From positions 1-53,522 of IMG/VR virus record IMGVR_UViG_3300030376_000674: DNA of 53,522 bases; one strand, 5' to 3'. Positions 1-10,820 of the stretch are shown here, piece after piece. A program made the position numbers and the translations under genes. Below the pieces are notes generated by a model. It ran no database searches and was not told where the DNA came from. It worked only from the letters and a program-made list of their open reading frames with translations. Source of the DNA: a virus. Its lineage: Duplodnaviria; Caudoviricetes. The stretch's first letter is position 1. Every line of letters starts with the position of its first letter.

Positions 1-101
1 TCAAATATAGTTTTACTATATGGACAAACAGATACCCTGGGGACGGTATGTAAAATGGAAGACATGTATTTTTTTTGGAATATATTTTTAACTTTAGTAG
101 T
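1..101. repeat. Terminal direct repeat, left copy (circular-assembly overlap)
   Basis: 1-101 equals 53422-53522 except one base (A99 vs G53520). Confidence 0.95.
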
Positions 102-294
102 AGCTCCTATTATTTTTGGTATTCGTAAGAACGAAACAGAAGCAAAAAGAATAGATATATTACTAAATAAAACTAGAGAAGAAATAGCAAAAGATTATGT
201 TACTAAACAAGAAGTCAAAGAGGATATGACTATATTAATGGAGAGAGTAGAGAAGCTACATGAAAAGGTAGATAAGTTATTCGAGGTGAAATAA
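55..294 (+). CDS. Small membrane-anchored coiled-coil protein
   Basis: N-terminal hydrophobic helix then charged heptads; starts right after the stop of the 51642..53474 gene on the circle; stop overlaps next start. Confidence 0.8.
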   Translation: MEDMYFFWNIFLTLVVAPIIFGIRKNETEAKRIDILLNKTREEIAKDYVTKQEVKEDMTILMERVEKLHEKVDKLFEVK

Positions 295-2732
295 TGGGAA
301 GAAAGAGAGCAAAACAAAAGCGAAAAGATTATAGAAGAGGTGGTAATGTTAATTTACCTAGACAGGGTGGTAAAAGACCAGAAGATGAAATAATATCTAT
401 TGGTGGCCCTGGTGGTGGTAGACCAGACCCACGTGATATAGGAAGACCTGTTGAGCCTCCTGTAGGAAAACAGCCTATGCCTCCTGTAACTCAACCTGCA
501 TCAACTGTACCTTTATCAAGTGGCCCAGGTTTTACAACTGGTACATCTGCTGCTAATAGAGCAGATTATACTCAAGCAGCTAATAGGGGTAGAGCTAGAC
601 CTCAAGACTTTGATGATGAAGATTACGGTAGAGGTTATGATGAACGTAACGGTGGACGTACTGGTGATGAAAGAAACGGTGGAGGAAACCAAGGTGGAGG
701 AAACCAAGGAGCTAAAGGTCAAGACGGTGATGGGCCTTCAGAACCACCAGGTGGCAATGCTCAAATAATTAGATATGTAGGACAAATTCCATATATATTT
801 AATTGGAATGGATATACTTATGTTAATTCAGGTGTAGTTGCTAGTGGTACTGGTGGAAACCAAGGTGGAGGTGATACAACACCTACAGACCCATTAGAAG
901 TAGCTACTGATGCACAAAATAAAGCTACGTTTGAAAAAGAAAGAAGAATACGTAACGTTAGAGAAGGTAGGACAGCTCAAGAAATATCTTCAGGTAATAT
1001 TCCAGAAGGTACTGTTCCTGTTCCTACAGTCATGGGAATAGGTAGAGAGGGAACAGAAGCACCTATTGTTGAAGCCCCAGATGCAGGCCAAGCACAAACG
1101 TTTACTACTGACCAAACACCAGCAGAGGAAGTATCTAGAGTTGACGATGTTGCAACTATAGACCCAGCTAGAGAAGTTACTACAACTACAACACCTACAG
1201 AAACTGTAGAACAAGCTGCTCAAGCTAGAGCTGCACAACAAGATAGAGAAGAAATTAGATTAGCAGAAGCTGCTGAAGTAGCTGATGTTACTTTAGTAGA
1301 TGAAGTAGATGTAGAAGTTAGACCAGGTTCTGTAGCCGAAGCTGTTACTGGTACATTAAGTCCAGGTGCAAAAGCTAAGATTGTTGAGAATACTGGTACT
1401 AATTTAGCTAGAGTTACAAGAGCTAAAAAACAATTAGCTAATGCAGGAGTATCAGAAGAAGCTATACAAGAATTAGGTAAAGACCCTGAAGCTCTTGAAA
1501 ATAGATTAACAGATTTTTCAGAAGAAGAAAGAGGTATTATTGAAGGATTACCAGAAGAAGCTTTAGTATCTAATCAACTTGAAAGTCTTTTAACTGGTAT
1601 AGATGAAGGAGAGATTCCAACGTGGGCTAGACCTGCTGTTGCAACTGTTGAAGCTATGTTAGCTAAAAGAGGATTACAAGCTTCTTCAATAGCTAGAGAT
1701 GCTTTAGCTAATACTATTATCCAAGCATCTTTACCTTTAGCTCAAGCAAATGCACAGGCTATACAGGCAAGTGTCTCTCAACAAAGAAATATTGAGGCTG
1801 CTGTATCTGAAGCTAATGCTCAAAGACAACAACAAACTGTACTAAAGAATGCAGATAATGTATTTAAGATGGACACAGCTAATATGGCTGCTGAACAACA
1901 AACTGAGTTAGCTAATAGTAAATTCTTTCAAACAGTTAGTTTGACTGATGCAACTATAGAACAACAATCAGCAGTTCAAAATGCAACTAATATTGCAAGA
2001 GCTGATTTAGCTGAAGCTGACTTTTATCAGAAAGCACAAATAGATAATGCAAAAAATTTCTTAGCTACTGATATGGCTAACTTAAATAATAGACAGCAAG
2101 CAAATGTTATTAAAGCTCAGTATGAGCAACAAAGATTATTAAGTAATCAGTCAGCAATAAATGCTATGGGTCAGTTCAATGCTACAAACGATAGACAAGC
2201 CCAGCAGTTTATGGCACAGATTGAAACACAAATTAGACAATACAATGCAGGTTATATAAATGCTACAAATCAATTTAATGTACAAGCTGAAAATGCTGCT
2301 ACTGCAAGAGATGCTCAAAGAGTAACAGATGTTAATAGAGCTAATGCTGCAATTATGAATCAAGTAGAACAATTTAATGAACAGTTAAATTATAATAGAC
2401 AACAATGGAATGCTGCTAATGAGCAAGCAGTTATTAATTCAAATATAGATTGGAGGCGAAGAGCAAATACTGCTGATACTGCTGCACAAAATGCAGTCAA
2501 TCAACAAAATGCTCAGAATGCTTTTGGGCTGACACAAGCTGCACAATCTTTCTTATGGCAAGAGTTAAGAGACCAAGCTGATTATGACTTTAGATGGGCT
2601 ACTGACACAGCTAATAGAAAAGTACAGGCTATGATGTCTGCTGCTGGTGCTGAGGGAGATGCTGCTAAAAATTGGGGTACTAATTTTAGAAGTGCATCAA
2701 GTACAATCAACAGTTTATTTGGAAGTGGTTAA
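294..2732 (+). CDS. Putative internal virion / DNA-ejection protein
   Basis: 812 aa; G/P-rich disordered N-terminus, Q/N/A-rich helical C-half; position downstream of tail genes. Function inferred. Confidence 0.6.
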   Translation: MGRKRAKQKRKDYRRGGNVNLPRQGGKRPEDEIISIGGPGGGRPDPRDIGRPVEPPVGKQPMPPVTQPASTVPLSSGPGFTTGTSAANRADYTQAANRGRARPQDFDDEDYGRGYDERNGGRTGDERNGGGNQGGGNQGAKGQDGDGPSEPPGGNAQIIRYVGQIPYIFNWNGYTYVNSGVVASGTGGNQGGGDTTPTDPLEVATDAQNKATFEKERRIRNVREGRTAQEISSGNIPEGTVPVPTVMGIGREGTEAPIVEAPDAGQAQTFTTDQTPAEEVSRVDDVATIDPAREVTTTTTPTETVEQAAQARAAQQDREEIRLAEAAEVADVTLVDEVDVEVRPGSVAEAVTGTLSPGAKAKIVENTGTNLARVTRAKKQLANAGVSEEAIQELGKDPEALENRLTDFSEEERGIIEGLPEEALVSNQLESLLTGIDEGEIPTWARPAVATVEAMLAKRGLQASSIARDALANTIIQASLPLAQANAQAIQASVSQQRNIEAAVSEANAQRQQQTVLKNADNVFKMDTANMAAEQQTELANSKFFQTVSLTDATIEQQSAVQNATNIARADLAEADFYQKAQIDNAKNFLATDMANLNNRQQANVIKAQYEQQRLLSNQSAINAMGQFNATNDRQAQQFMAQIETQIRQYNAGYINATNQFNVQAENAATARDAQRVTDVNRANAAIMNQVEQFNEQLNYNRQQWNAANEQAVINSNIDWRRRANTADTAAQNAVNQQNAQNAFGLTQAAQSFLWQELRDQADYDFRWATDTANRKVQAMMSAAGAEGDAAKNWGTNFRSASSTINSLFGSG

Positions 2733-2743
2733 GGAGAAAATAA

Positions 2744-4015
2744 ATGGGACTATTAAGTAAATTATGGAAAGGTGTTAAGAAAACTGTCAAAAAGATAGGG
2801 AAAGGCATCAAAAAAGTTTTTGGTAAAGTTATGAAAGGTATTGGCAAACTAGGAATAGTAGGTCAAATAGGAATGATGTTTTTAATGCCCTATGCGATGG
2901 GAGCTGTAGGAAGCCTGTTTGGAACGGCAGGTAAATTAGCTTCTTGGTCTAGTAAACTACTTGGGCCAAATGCAAACTTTTTCTCAAAGGTTCTAGGTAA
3001 AACTTTAGAAGCTGTTAATGTTGGTGGTACTTGGATTAAGAATGCATATACAAGTGTAAGTACAGCTATCAGTAATGGTATGGATAGAGTAGGAAACTTT
3101 TTCAAAGGTAAAGGATTTAGTTTAAGTGAAGGCAAAGCATCCGTTTTCTCCAAAGACTTTGCATCTTCTTTAGATACTTTACCAACTCAAGCAGGAATTA
3201 AGTCTGACCAAATACAAGCTCAATTATCTGAGACTGTTCCAAGAGTTTTAGAACAATCATCAGGTACTTCAGTCTTTGATAAAGATGGAAACCTTGTAGG
3301 TGTTGGCGAAAGCACAGCAGGCCAGGTAAACCTTCCAAGTGATTTTGGTAAAACAGGAGAGCTTACTAGAGGTATGGATTTAGAATTAAATACAAGCGAG
3401 TTACTTTCAGGTAAATCAAAAGGTGTGTTTGTAGATGGTCTTGAAGGAAGTGATTTAACACAAGGATTTTATAATCCAGACGAACTAAATGCTTACTATG
3501 CAGGTGGTGCTAAACCTAGTCCTATAAATACTGTTGGAAGTGTAGAAGGATTATCAGAACAAGCAGCATCTTTATTATCTCCAAAAGATAAATTTGCAGA
3601 CCAAGGATTTTTTGAAAAAATTAATGTCTTTGATGCAGACTCAAAAATTAGAGATGATATAAGAAACTTTGATATATACGATACTGCTTCTGCAAAAGTA
3701 AAAAGTGGTATTATGAGTGGTCTTGAGAGTAGAGCTTATGAAGCTGTAGGTGTAGATATGACACCTCAGTATACTTATAACAGTATTAACATACCAAACA
3801 TTATGGGTATTGGTAGTACACCTACAATTAGTTTAGGAGCTATCGACCAGTTTACAGCACCAAGAGGTAACTCATGGCAAGCTACAAGTATGTATTCAAG
3901 TGGTATCTTGAATGATATTTTAAATAGAGACGGTGGACAGGACTGGAGAAACTGGATGAATAATTTTGCAATACAAAATAGTACAAGTCCGTCAACCCCA
4001 GGCACAATGTATTAA
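2744..4015 (+). CDS. Putative internal virion / pilot protein
   Basis: AGGAG RBS; Lys/Gly amphipathic N-terminus followed by a Gly/Ala hydrophobic segment, as in podovirus ejection proteins. Confidence 0.6.
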   Translation: MGLLSKLWKGVKKTVKKIGKGIKKVFGKVMKGIGKLGIVGQIGMMFLMPYAMGAVGSLFGTAGKLASWSSKLLGPNANFFSKVLGKTLEAVNVGGTWIKNAYTSVSTAISNGMDRVGNFFKGKGFSLSEGKASVFSKDFASSLDTLPTQAGIKSDQIQAQLSETVPRVLEQSSGTSVFDKDGNLVGVGESTAGQVNLPSDFGKTGELTRGMDLELNTSELLSGKSKGVFVDGLEGSDLTQGFYNPDELNAYYAGGAKPSPINTVGSVEGLSEQAASLLSPKDKFADQGFFEKINVFDADSKIRDDIRNFDIYDTASAKVKSGIMSGLESRAYEAVGVDMTPQYTYNSINIPNIMGIGSTPTISLGAIDQFTAPRGNSWQATSMYSSGILNDILNRDGGQDWRNWMNNFAIQNSTSPSTPGTMY

Positions 4016-4024
4016 GGAGTAGAC

Positions 4025-4681
4025 ATGGCAACTAAAAGAATAATAGGCGAAGAAATGAACCCAGAAGCTGTAGAAGCTTTTGCAAATAGAGGTTATCCAA
4101 TACCAGGCCAGTCTTGGACACAGCCTGTAGAAGAAAGACGACCTTTTGAAGGTAAACCTGACTTCACAGATATGAGAGAAGCTTTAGAGTATACAGCTTT
4201 AGAATTACTTGATGAAGAAAACTATGTGCCTATTGTTCTCGCTATGGGTGATGGTGTTCCAGTTATGGACTTATCATTACAAATGGGCTATGTAGGATTT
4301 AGAGAAGGTAAATGGAATCCTGATTTAATGCTTATGTTACTAGAACCATTTGCATATTTACTTATGGCTCTTGCTGAAAAGGCTGGTGTCAAATATAGAA
4401 TAGACTCAGATGATGTTGGTGCTAATTTAGATATGGATGATGGTGTTGCTGATGAAGAAGAAGCAATGTTAGTAGACAGAGCTAAGAATGTAGCTAGAGT
4501 TGCTGCTAGTAAAAAAGCTAGAGAGTCTGGTGGAGGAGTTCCTGAAGGAGCTTTACCTCAAGAAGTAATAGAAAAAATAGAAGCTTTACCTGAACTAGGA
4601 TTACTAGATAGACAGCCAGAAATAGATGGAGATGCTATACCTAGTAATGATAGTTTATTAGCTAGAGGAGAGGAAGAATAA
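4025..4681 (+). CDS. Hypothetical acidic virion-module protein
   Basis: AGGAG RBS, 218 aa, coupled to next gene. Confidence 0.7.
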   Translation: MATKRIIGEEMNPEAVEAFANRGYPIPGQSWTQPVEERRPFEGKPDFTDMREALEYTALELLDEENYVPIVLAMGDGVPVMDLSLQMGYVGFREGKWNPDLMLMLLEPFAYLLMALAEKAGVKYRIDSDDVGANLDMDDGVADEEEAMLVDRAKNVARVAASKKARESGGGVPEGALPQEVIEKIEALPELGLLDRQPEIDGDAIPSNDSLLARGEEE

Positions 4682-6633
4682 TGGGATTATATGATGACGG
4701 TGGTGTTCAATTTGCTCAAGAAACATTTGATAATGCTAGAGCAAGAGGAATAGAACAAGCCAAAAAAGCTGACGAAGAAGGCTATAAGAAAACATTACTT
4801 AGAAGGTTTCTTATAGAGCCTGCTATTGGTGGTATCTTCGGTGAGGTTAGAAAATCTTTTGAAGAAAGAGGACAAACTTTACAGGATAAGAATGTTCCTA
4901 TGAGAACTTATCTTGAAAGTTATTTATCAAATCAAGAACAAACAAGAAATGGATTAGTAAATTCAGAGGACAATCCTAATGGTTTTATTGTTAATGGTGT
5001 AGTTGACCTAAACTTATTACAGAACTATATAGCTAATGACTTAACAGATAGACTAGGTAATCAACAACAATTTCAAAACTTAAATATAACTGAATTAGAT
5101 GGCTATATCCAAGAACAATCTAAATCAGAAGCTATAAGATTAAAAGACTATTATCAAAATTTATACAATGAAAGTATGGATGTTCCTGATATGGAGACAA
5201 TATTATCTCAGTTTGATAAATGGAATAGTAGAGAAAATCCAAAGAATCCTTTTGGAAAAATATTTCAAGGTGTTAAAAGATTAATTGGAATGGAGACACC
5301 AGAGACAATAGACTATAAAAACTTAGAAGCCCATGAAAATCTACGTATTACTTTAGGTGATGCAACAAGTAAAGAGCTTATAGAGTTAGGTAATGCTGTA
5401 AGTGAATACGATAAAGCAGCTACTAGTTCAGGAAGTAGATATGACATTGATGGTTTAATTAGAACAGTTCAAAGTAAAATAGAATCTGGAGAAATATCAG
5501 GCAGAATTATTGAAAATTCTGCTAAGATTAATGACGTTTCAATTACAAGTGGAGGTGTTACTTATAATCAAAAAAGCTATGATTACTTAGAAATAGGCCC
5601 AGATGGTAGACCAATCCTAAGAACTGAAGTTGGTGGGAATCCTGTAATAACTGAAGTGAAAGGTGTAGAACCTCCAACACAGGCACAAATAGATTTAGGT
5701 AAAGAGGCAATGATGGCTGTGTTAGAAGATAGTAATAACAAGTATGACTCTAATTTATATTCAAATGTTATTCAAGGTAAAGGTCAAAAGGTTGGCGACC
5801 CTAGAAGATTAGAAGAGTATTATGGTACAAAAGTAGCTTATGCAGCCAATGCTATGCAGCTTAAAGCAGACCAATATGGTGTTAAAATAGACCCAGGACA
5901 ACTGTATTCTATGGCAGCTTTATATATTTTAAATAATGTTAATGCTGGTTATATAGCTGAAAAAGAGGGCGATAGCTCGTTAATAAGTTTACAAAAATAT
6001 CCTCCTACAAATCCTGACCTCTATGATTTATTTGGTTTTGCAGGTCAAACTACTTTAGATGGAGAAGGTAACTTAATGGTTATTAATAATCTTCCAGCAA
6101 TAGTTAAAGATGTATTAGATACTTCTTTAACTCCTGATGCAGGAACAGTAAGATTAAGAGAAATAAATGCAGATTTACAAAAATTAATTACTGACTCTAC
6201 TAGAGATGATGCAGGAGGCTATTTAACTTTAGATGCTTTACCAGAGTATATTTTAGAATATGATGGAAAAACAGCAGAAGAAAAAATACTTAGATATGAA
6301 TTAGATATGATTTCAGGAATTAATAACATTATGCCTGAAGAAGCAAGAATTATGAATCCTGAGTACAATAAAGTTGCCGAAGGTAGTACATATTTTTCAG
6401 ACCAAGAACAAAGAAAAGCAGAAGAAAAAGAAGAGTTCTTAAGTCAATTTAATGTTGATGAGCAAAATAGACCAGCAAGGTCAAAAGACTATTTTACTAA
6501 AGCAGATGCTCAAGCAGATTTAGAAAGAATGGAACTTGAAGGTGAGTACGAAATTAAGAAAAGAACAGGGCCAACGTACAGAAATAAAAACAGATATTAC
6601 ATTGCAAGAAAAGTAAGATTTATTAATGACTAG
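4681..6633 (+). CDS. Putative internal virion protein
   Basis: 650-aa ORF, GAGGAG RBS, between other large virion-module ORFs. Confidence 0.6.
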   Translation: MGLYDDGGVQFAQETFDNARARGIEQAKKADEEGYKKTLLRRFLIEPAIGGIFGEVRKSFEERGQTLQDKNVPMRTYLESYLSNQEQTRNGLVNSEDNPNGFIVNGVVDLNLLQNYIANDLTDRLGNQQQFQNLNITELDGYIQEQSKSEAIRLKDYYQNLYNESMDVPDMETILSQFDKWNSRENPKNPFGKIFQGVKRLIGMETPETIDYKNLEAHENLRITLGDATSKELIELGNAVSEYDKAATSSGSRYDIDGLIRTVQSKIESGEISGRIIENSAKINDVSITSGGVTYNQKSYDYLEIGPDGRPILRTEVGGNPVITEVKGVEPPTQAQIDLGKEAMMAVLEDSNNKYDSNLYSNVIQGKGQKVGDPRRLEEYYGTKVAYAANAMQLKADQYGVKIDPGQLYSMAALYILNNVNAGYIAEKEGDSSLISLQKYPPTNPDLYDLFGFAGQTTLDGEGNLMVINNLPAIVKDVLDTSLTPDAGTVRLREINADLQKLITDSTRDDAGGYLTLDALPEYILEYDGKTAEEKILRYELDMISGINNIMPEEARIMNPEYNKVAEGSTYFSDQEQRKAEEKEEFLSQFNVDEQNRPARSKDYFTKADAQADLERMELEGEYEIKKRTGPTYRNKNRYYIARKVRFIND

Positions 6634-9600
6634 TTTTAATCCAAATTACATACCTTTACAGGCTAAAAGGGTTCAAAATCTTACACCTGTTGCTAGGTAT
6701 GACTTAAATGATTTAGAAGCCAATCAAGAGTTTCAACGTGTCTCTGAAAGATTTTTAGGTTCTATTGGAGAAGATGACGACATCTTTGAATATCTAAGAG
6801 ACTCTGACTTTAATCTTACCTCAGCTATGTCTAGATATGCTGACTCTAATAAATTTACAGAGCAACAGAAAAAAGATTATGCATATCTTAGAACAATGTT
6901 TGATGGTGCAGATGTAGGTAGCACAGGACAATGGATTGAATTAATTAAAGATGGGACAGTAGATATGGTTACTGACCCTACATTAATTTTAGCTGCATTG
7001 TTTACTCCGTTTACTGGAGGAGGCACATTAGCTGCTAGAGCTACGTTAGGAAAAGGGGTAGCTCAAGGTTTAAAAATATTAGGCCAAGCTAATAAAGGAA
7101 ATCTAACTAAAGCACAACTTGCAAAATCTATAGCTGATGGCACATTAGACCAAGCTGCAAAAAGTGCTGTTAAAGTATCTACAGCAGCAGGAGCTATAGA
7201 AGCTGGTGGCTGGATGGGATTACATAACTATGCTAATCAAAACATAGAAATCAACACAGGTTTAAGAAGAGCTTTTTCAGCTAAAGAGTTAGTAGGTACT
7301 ACGGCTGCTGGTGCAGTCCTTGGTGGGGTTATTGGCTACGGTGGACAGAAATGGTCTAACTATTCAAATCCAGTTTTACAAATTAATAACAAACCTAAAG
7401 TTTTTAAAAACGATACATTTGGAAATCTTAGATTAAGATGGAATAAACTTTGGGACGGTAGAATAACAAATTTATTTACAGGTAATGCTGCTAGATTTAA
7501 AAGATGGGAAGACCAAGGTGTAGAACTTGCTAGAACTTGGAGAGGTTTATTAGACCATGATTCTCAATTAGGTATAGGTAAAAGAAGTAATAAAGCTATA
7601 GAGTGGAGTTTTCCTGAACAGCTAAATGCTAGAAGAGGAAACTACATGTTCTTAGAAGAAGGCCCACAAAGAGGTTTTTGGGCTAGGATTGCACCTATAG
7701 CTCCTGATGGTGTATTAGATGAAGTAGAAGGTAGAGCTATAGTAAGATTTTTACGAGGCGACAAGAGTGCTATAAAGGGTAAAAGTAAAGAAGTAAAACA
7801 AGTCGCAAATGATTTAAGAGAATGGTATGACATGATTGCTAAAGATGCAATGGATGCAGGCTATGGCGATATTAGAATAGAAAATTATTTTCCAAGAGAA
7901 TGGAACAGGCAAGCTATAAAAGATAATCAGCCTGAGTTTATAGAAAAGTTAGCAAAAGATTTAAACATATCTAAACGAGAAGCTGGTGACATTGTTGAAG
8001 GCATGTTAGATATTAATAATGATTTATATGCTAGTCATGCTAATTTACTTACACACGGTAGAAAATTTAAAGGACTTGATGATAATAACTATGAAGAGTT
8101 TTTAAATAATGATTTGATTCCTGTTAGTGCTACTTATGGTTTAAATGCTGCAAATTCAATTCAAACTAAAATATCTTTTGGTATGCCTAAAAAATCTAAA
8201 GTTGGTAAGGCAATAGATTTAGAAGGTAATGAAATATTAACTTTCCAACAATTAAGAAGGTCAAAGTTAGATGAGTTTGAAGAAAGATGGATTAATCCTG
8301 TAGCTGAAGAATTGTTTGAAAAAACTGGCAGGAGAATGACTGCTAAAGAAAAACAAGAGATGCGAGAAACTTTTGAGTCTGTAACAGGTGCAGTTAGATA
8401 TTATGGTAATCAACATATTCAAGGTGTATACGATGGTATTAAGCTTGCTAATGCTATGGCTTATCTGCCTTTAGCTACTGTCTCTTCTTTCTCAGAAGGT
8501 TTGATAGCAGCTTCTAGAACATCAGGCAGTAAATCTGTTAAGAACTTTCAGTATCAAATGGAAAATGGTTTACAGTTTTTAACAACTGATTTAAAAAGTT
8601 TATTAAAAGAAAGAAGAGGCTTATCAGAAATTGTAGCTAATAGAGAAGCTAACAGAGTTTACCTAGCTGTAGATGACGTGCAAGCAGATTTAACAAATAG
8701 ATTAGCTGGTGATGGGTTACAGTCTCCAGGATTACAACGAGTAGCAAGAACATTTTATAAAGCAAATTTATTATTACCTTGGACAAAAACTATTGAGCTT
8801 GCAGCTTTCAACACAGGTAGAGATATAGTTGAAGAATCTCTAGTTCAACTTAGTAAGCTTCAAGATGCTGGAGTAAAAATATTTGATGATGTAGATACGT
8901 TTGTAAAATCAGCTTCAGGTAAAGATAAAGCTATTATTAAAGAACTAGATAGTATAGATGGAGTCTGGGCTGGTAAAGGTAATCTTTATAAAAGAGTTAC
9001 TTATTTAAAAGAACAAGTATTTGACATGGGGATTGATGTCGGAGAGGGATTGAACTGGTTAAATTCTGGAGCAAGTAGACAATCTGATTTTTGGTTAAAA
9101 AATATGTCTATGGCTGGTGGTAGATTTGCTAGAAGTGTAATACTACCTACATCTAGAGAGTTTTCTAAAGTTCCTAGATTTATGACAAATCCTAAGTGGG
9201 ATATATTTACACAGTTTTTAAGATACCCTACAGCATTTAGTAATACTGTATTAAAAAACTTTGTTAGAGATACTTTAAATAATCCAGCAATGTCAGGCCC
9301 AAGGTTTGCAGCTTTTATAGCAGGAGCAACAGCTATTGCTAGAGGAACTAATTACTGGAGAAGTAGTGAAGACCAACAAGGAAGATACGATAGGTTTGCA
9401 AGAAAGACTACAGATAAAATGAGTGATAAAATTTTTGATGCTTTTGTAGCTAGAAGTGCAGAAGAAAATCTTAGAGCTTTTCAAAGAGTAGGTTTATTAG
9501 GCCCATTAGAATATGTTGTAAGATTTGGAGATGCTTATAGAGTTAATCCAAATCCATTAGTAGCTTTATCTAGTTTAGGTGGCCCTGTTATGGGAGACAT

Positions 9601-10375
9601 CACAGGTACTACAATATATAACAGGGGGATTTTTGAGATTATAGCAAGAAAAACTCCTTTGATAGGTATTAGAAATCCTTTGAAAAAATACACAGGACTT
9701 GACCCTTATGCACCTATTATAGAAGGAGCTAGGGAGTTAGATACTACTACTAGAGATGCTTTACAAGAAGGTTTTGATTCAGTTTTACCAAGAAGAAATT
9801 ATAAAAAAGGTGGCATAGTTAGAGATGGTTTTCAAAACCTAGGACGTATGCGATATAACCAAGGAACTGAAGTAGAGGTCAACAAGTATGTAGTAGAGGG
9901 AAAAACTTTTGACAAAGAAACTCAAATAAGATTTAACAACATAGATAATGATTTAAAAAAATTAGGATATAGTAGGGTTGCTAGAGCAGCTATTTTAGGA
10001 AATATTCATGTAGAAACAGGTGGTACTTTTGACCATCAACAAAGACAAAATAACGGTAATGGTTACGGTCTTTATCAATTTGATTTCCAAAAAAAATTCT
10101 ATATGGAAAATTCAGATAGTTATTTAAAAGCAAATAAGTTTGAAGATACTCCTTTTAATCAAACTATGTTTATGCATGAAAGTATAAACCAGTTAGCACC
10201 AGGAAAACATACTGTAAATAAAGATATGATAGGTCAGTTGCAAAGAGATTTACAAGGTGATGATGTGTCAACAGCAGCAGTTTCATTTTCTAAAAATTAT
10301 TTACAGCCTGGTAAACCACATATAGAAAGAAGAATAGATGCATCTAAAACTATTTACGAGATATTAGGGGATTAA
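6626..10375 (+). CDS. Large internal virion protein with C-terminal phage tail lysozyme-like domain
   Basis: 1249 aa; Ala/Gly hydrophobic segments; C-terminal AAILGNIHVETGG...GNGYGLYQF motif of the Phage_lysozyme2 type. Confidence 0.75.
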   Translation: MTSFNPNYIPLQAKRVQNLTPVARYDLNDLEANQEFQRVSERFLGSIGEDDDIFEYLRDSDFNLTSAMSRYADSNKFTEQQKKDYAYLRTMFDGADVGSTGQWIELIKDGTVDMVTDPTLILAALFTPFTGGGTLAARATLGKGVAQGLKILGQANKGNLTKAQLAKSIADGTLDQAAKSAVKVSTAAGAIEAGGWMGLHNYANQNIEINTGLRRAFSAKELVGTTAAGAVLGGVIGYGGQKWSNYSNPVLQINNKPKVFKNDTFGNLRLRWNKLWDGRITNLFTGNAARFKRWEDQGVELARTWRGLLDHDSQLGIGKRSNKAIEWSFPEQLNARRGNYMFLEEGPQRGFWARIAPIAPDGVLDEVEGRAIVRFLRGDKSAIKGKSKEVKQVANDLREWYDMIAKDAMDAGYGDIRIENYFPREWNRQAIKDNQPEFIEKLAKDLNISKREAGDIVEGMLDINNDLYASHANLLTHGRKFKGLDDNNYEEFLNNDLIPVSATYGLNAANSIQTKISFGMPKKSKVGKAIDLEGNEILTFQQLRRSKLDEFEERWINPVAEELFEKTGRRMTAKEKQEMRETFESVTGAVRYYGNQHIQGVYDGIKLANAMAYLPLATVSSFSEGLIAASRTSGSKSVKNFQYQMENGLQFLTTDLKSLLKERRGLSEIVANREANRVYLAVDDVQADLTNRLAGDGLQSPGLQRVARTFYKANLLLPWTKTIELAAFNTGRDIVEESLVQLSKLQDAGVKIFDDVDTFVKSASGKDKAIIKELDSIDGVWAGKGNLYKRVTYLKEQVFDMGIDVGEGLNWLNSGASRQSDFWLKNMSMAGGRFARSVILPTSREFSKVPRFMTNPKWDIFTQFLRYPTAFSNTVLKNFVRDTLNNPAMSGPRFAAFIAGATAIARGTNYWRSSEDQQGRYDRFARKTTDKMSDKIFDAFVARSAEENLRAFQRVGLLGPLEYVVRFGDAYRVNPNPLVALSSLGGPVMGDITGTTIYNRGIFEIIARKTPLIGIRNPLKKYTGLDPYAPIIEGARELDTTTRDALQEGFDSVLPRRNYKKGGIVRDGFQNLGRMRYNQGTEVEVNKYVVEGKTFDKETQIRFNNIDNDLKKLGYSRVARAAILGNIHVETGGTFDHQQRQNNGNGYGLYQFDFQKKFYMENSDSYLKANKFEDTPFNQTMFMHESINQLAPGKHTVNKDMIGQLQRDLQGDDVSTAAVSFSKNYLQPGKPHIERRIDASKTIYEILGD

Positions 10376-10376
10376 T

Positions 10377-10820
10377 ATGGGATTTCCGTTTGAGATAATT
10401 ACAATGCTTGCATCTACAGTTCTAGGTGGACTGATGAGTGTGTGGGCTGAAAGTAGAAAAGCTAAAGCAGAGCAACAAAAGCTACTAATTACACGTGGTG
10501 AGTTTGAAATGAAAGCTAGAAAGCAAGCTATTGATGCTGGTCTAGCTGATAAAGGGTTTGCTTGGACAAGAAGAATTATAGCTTTGACTTCAGTATTTGC
10601 TATTGTACTTTTACCAAAGTTAGTTGCTGTATATTATCCAGATGTATCAGTAACTGTTGGTTATACAAATTGGAATCCAGGCTTTTGGTTCTTGAAAGAA
10701 GGTAGAGAAGTTTTTGAATGGATAACTTTTCAGGGCTTAGTAATTACACAGCTTGATACAAACTTAGTGTCAGCTATTATCGGTATGTACTTTGGAGGTA
10801 GCCTGGTAAAAGGAAAATAA
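10377..10820 (+). CDS. Membrane protein, holin-like (3TM type)
   Basis: Three hydrophobic segments, WTRR before TM2 and C-terminal IIGMYFGGS resembling GTA-type 3TM holins; follows the lysozyme-domain gene. Confidence 0.5.
   Translation: MGFPFEIITMLASTVLGGLMSVWAESRKAKAEQQKLLITRGEFEMKARKQAIDAGLADKGFAWTRRIIALTSVFAIVLLPKLVAVYYPDVSVTVGYTNWNPGFWFLKEGREVFEWITFQGLVITQLDTNLVSAIIGMYFGGSLVKGK

Noticed and set aside
630-870. GGTGGAGGAAACCAA and GATGAA-CGT repeats
   Set aside because: Coding low-complexity GGNQ / DERNGG repeats in a disordered region
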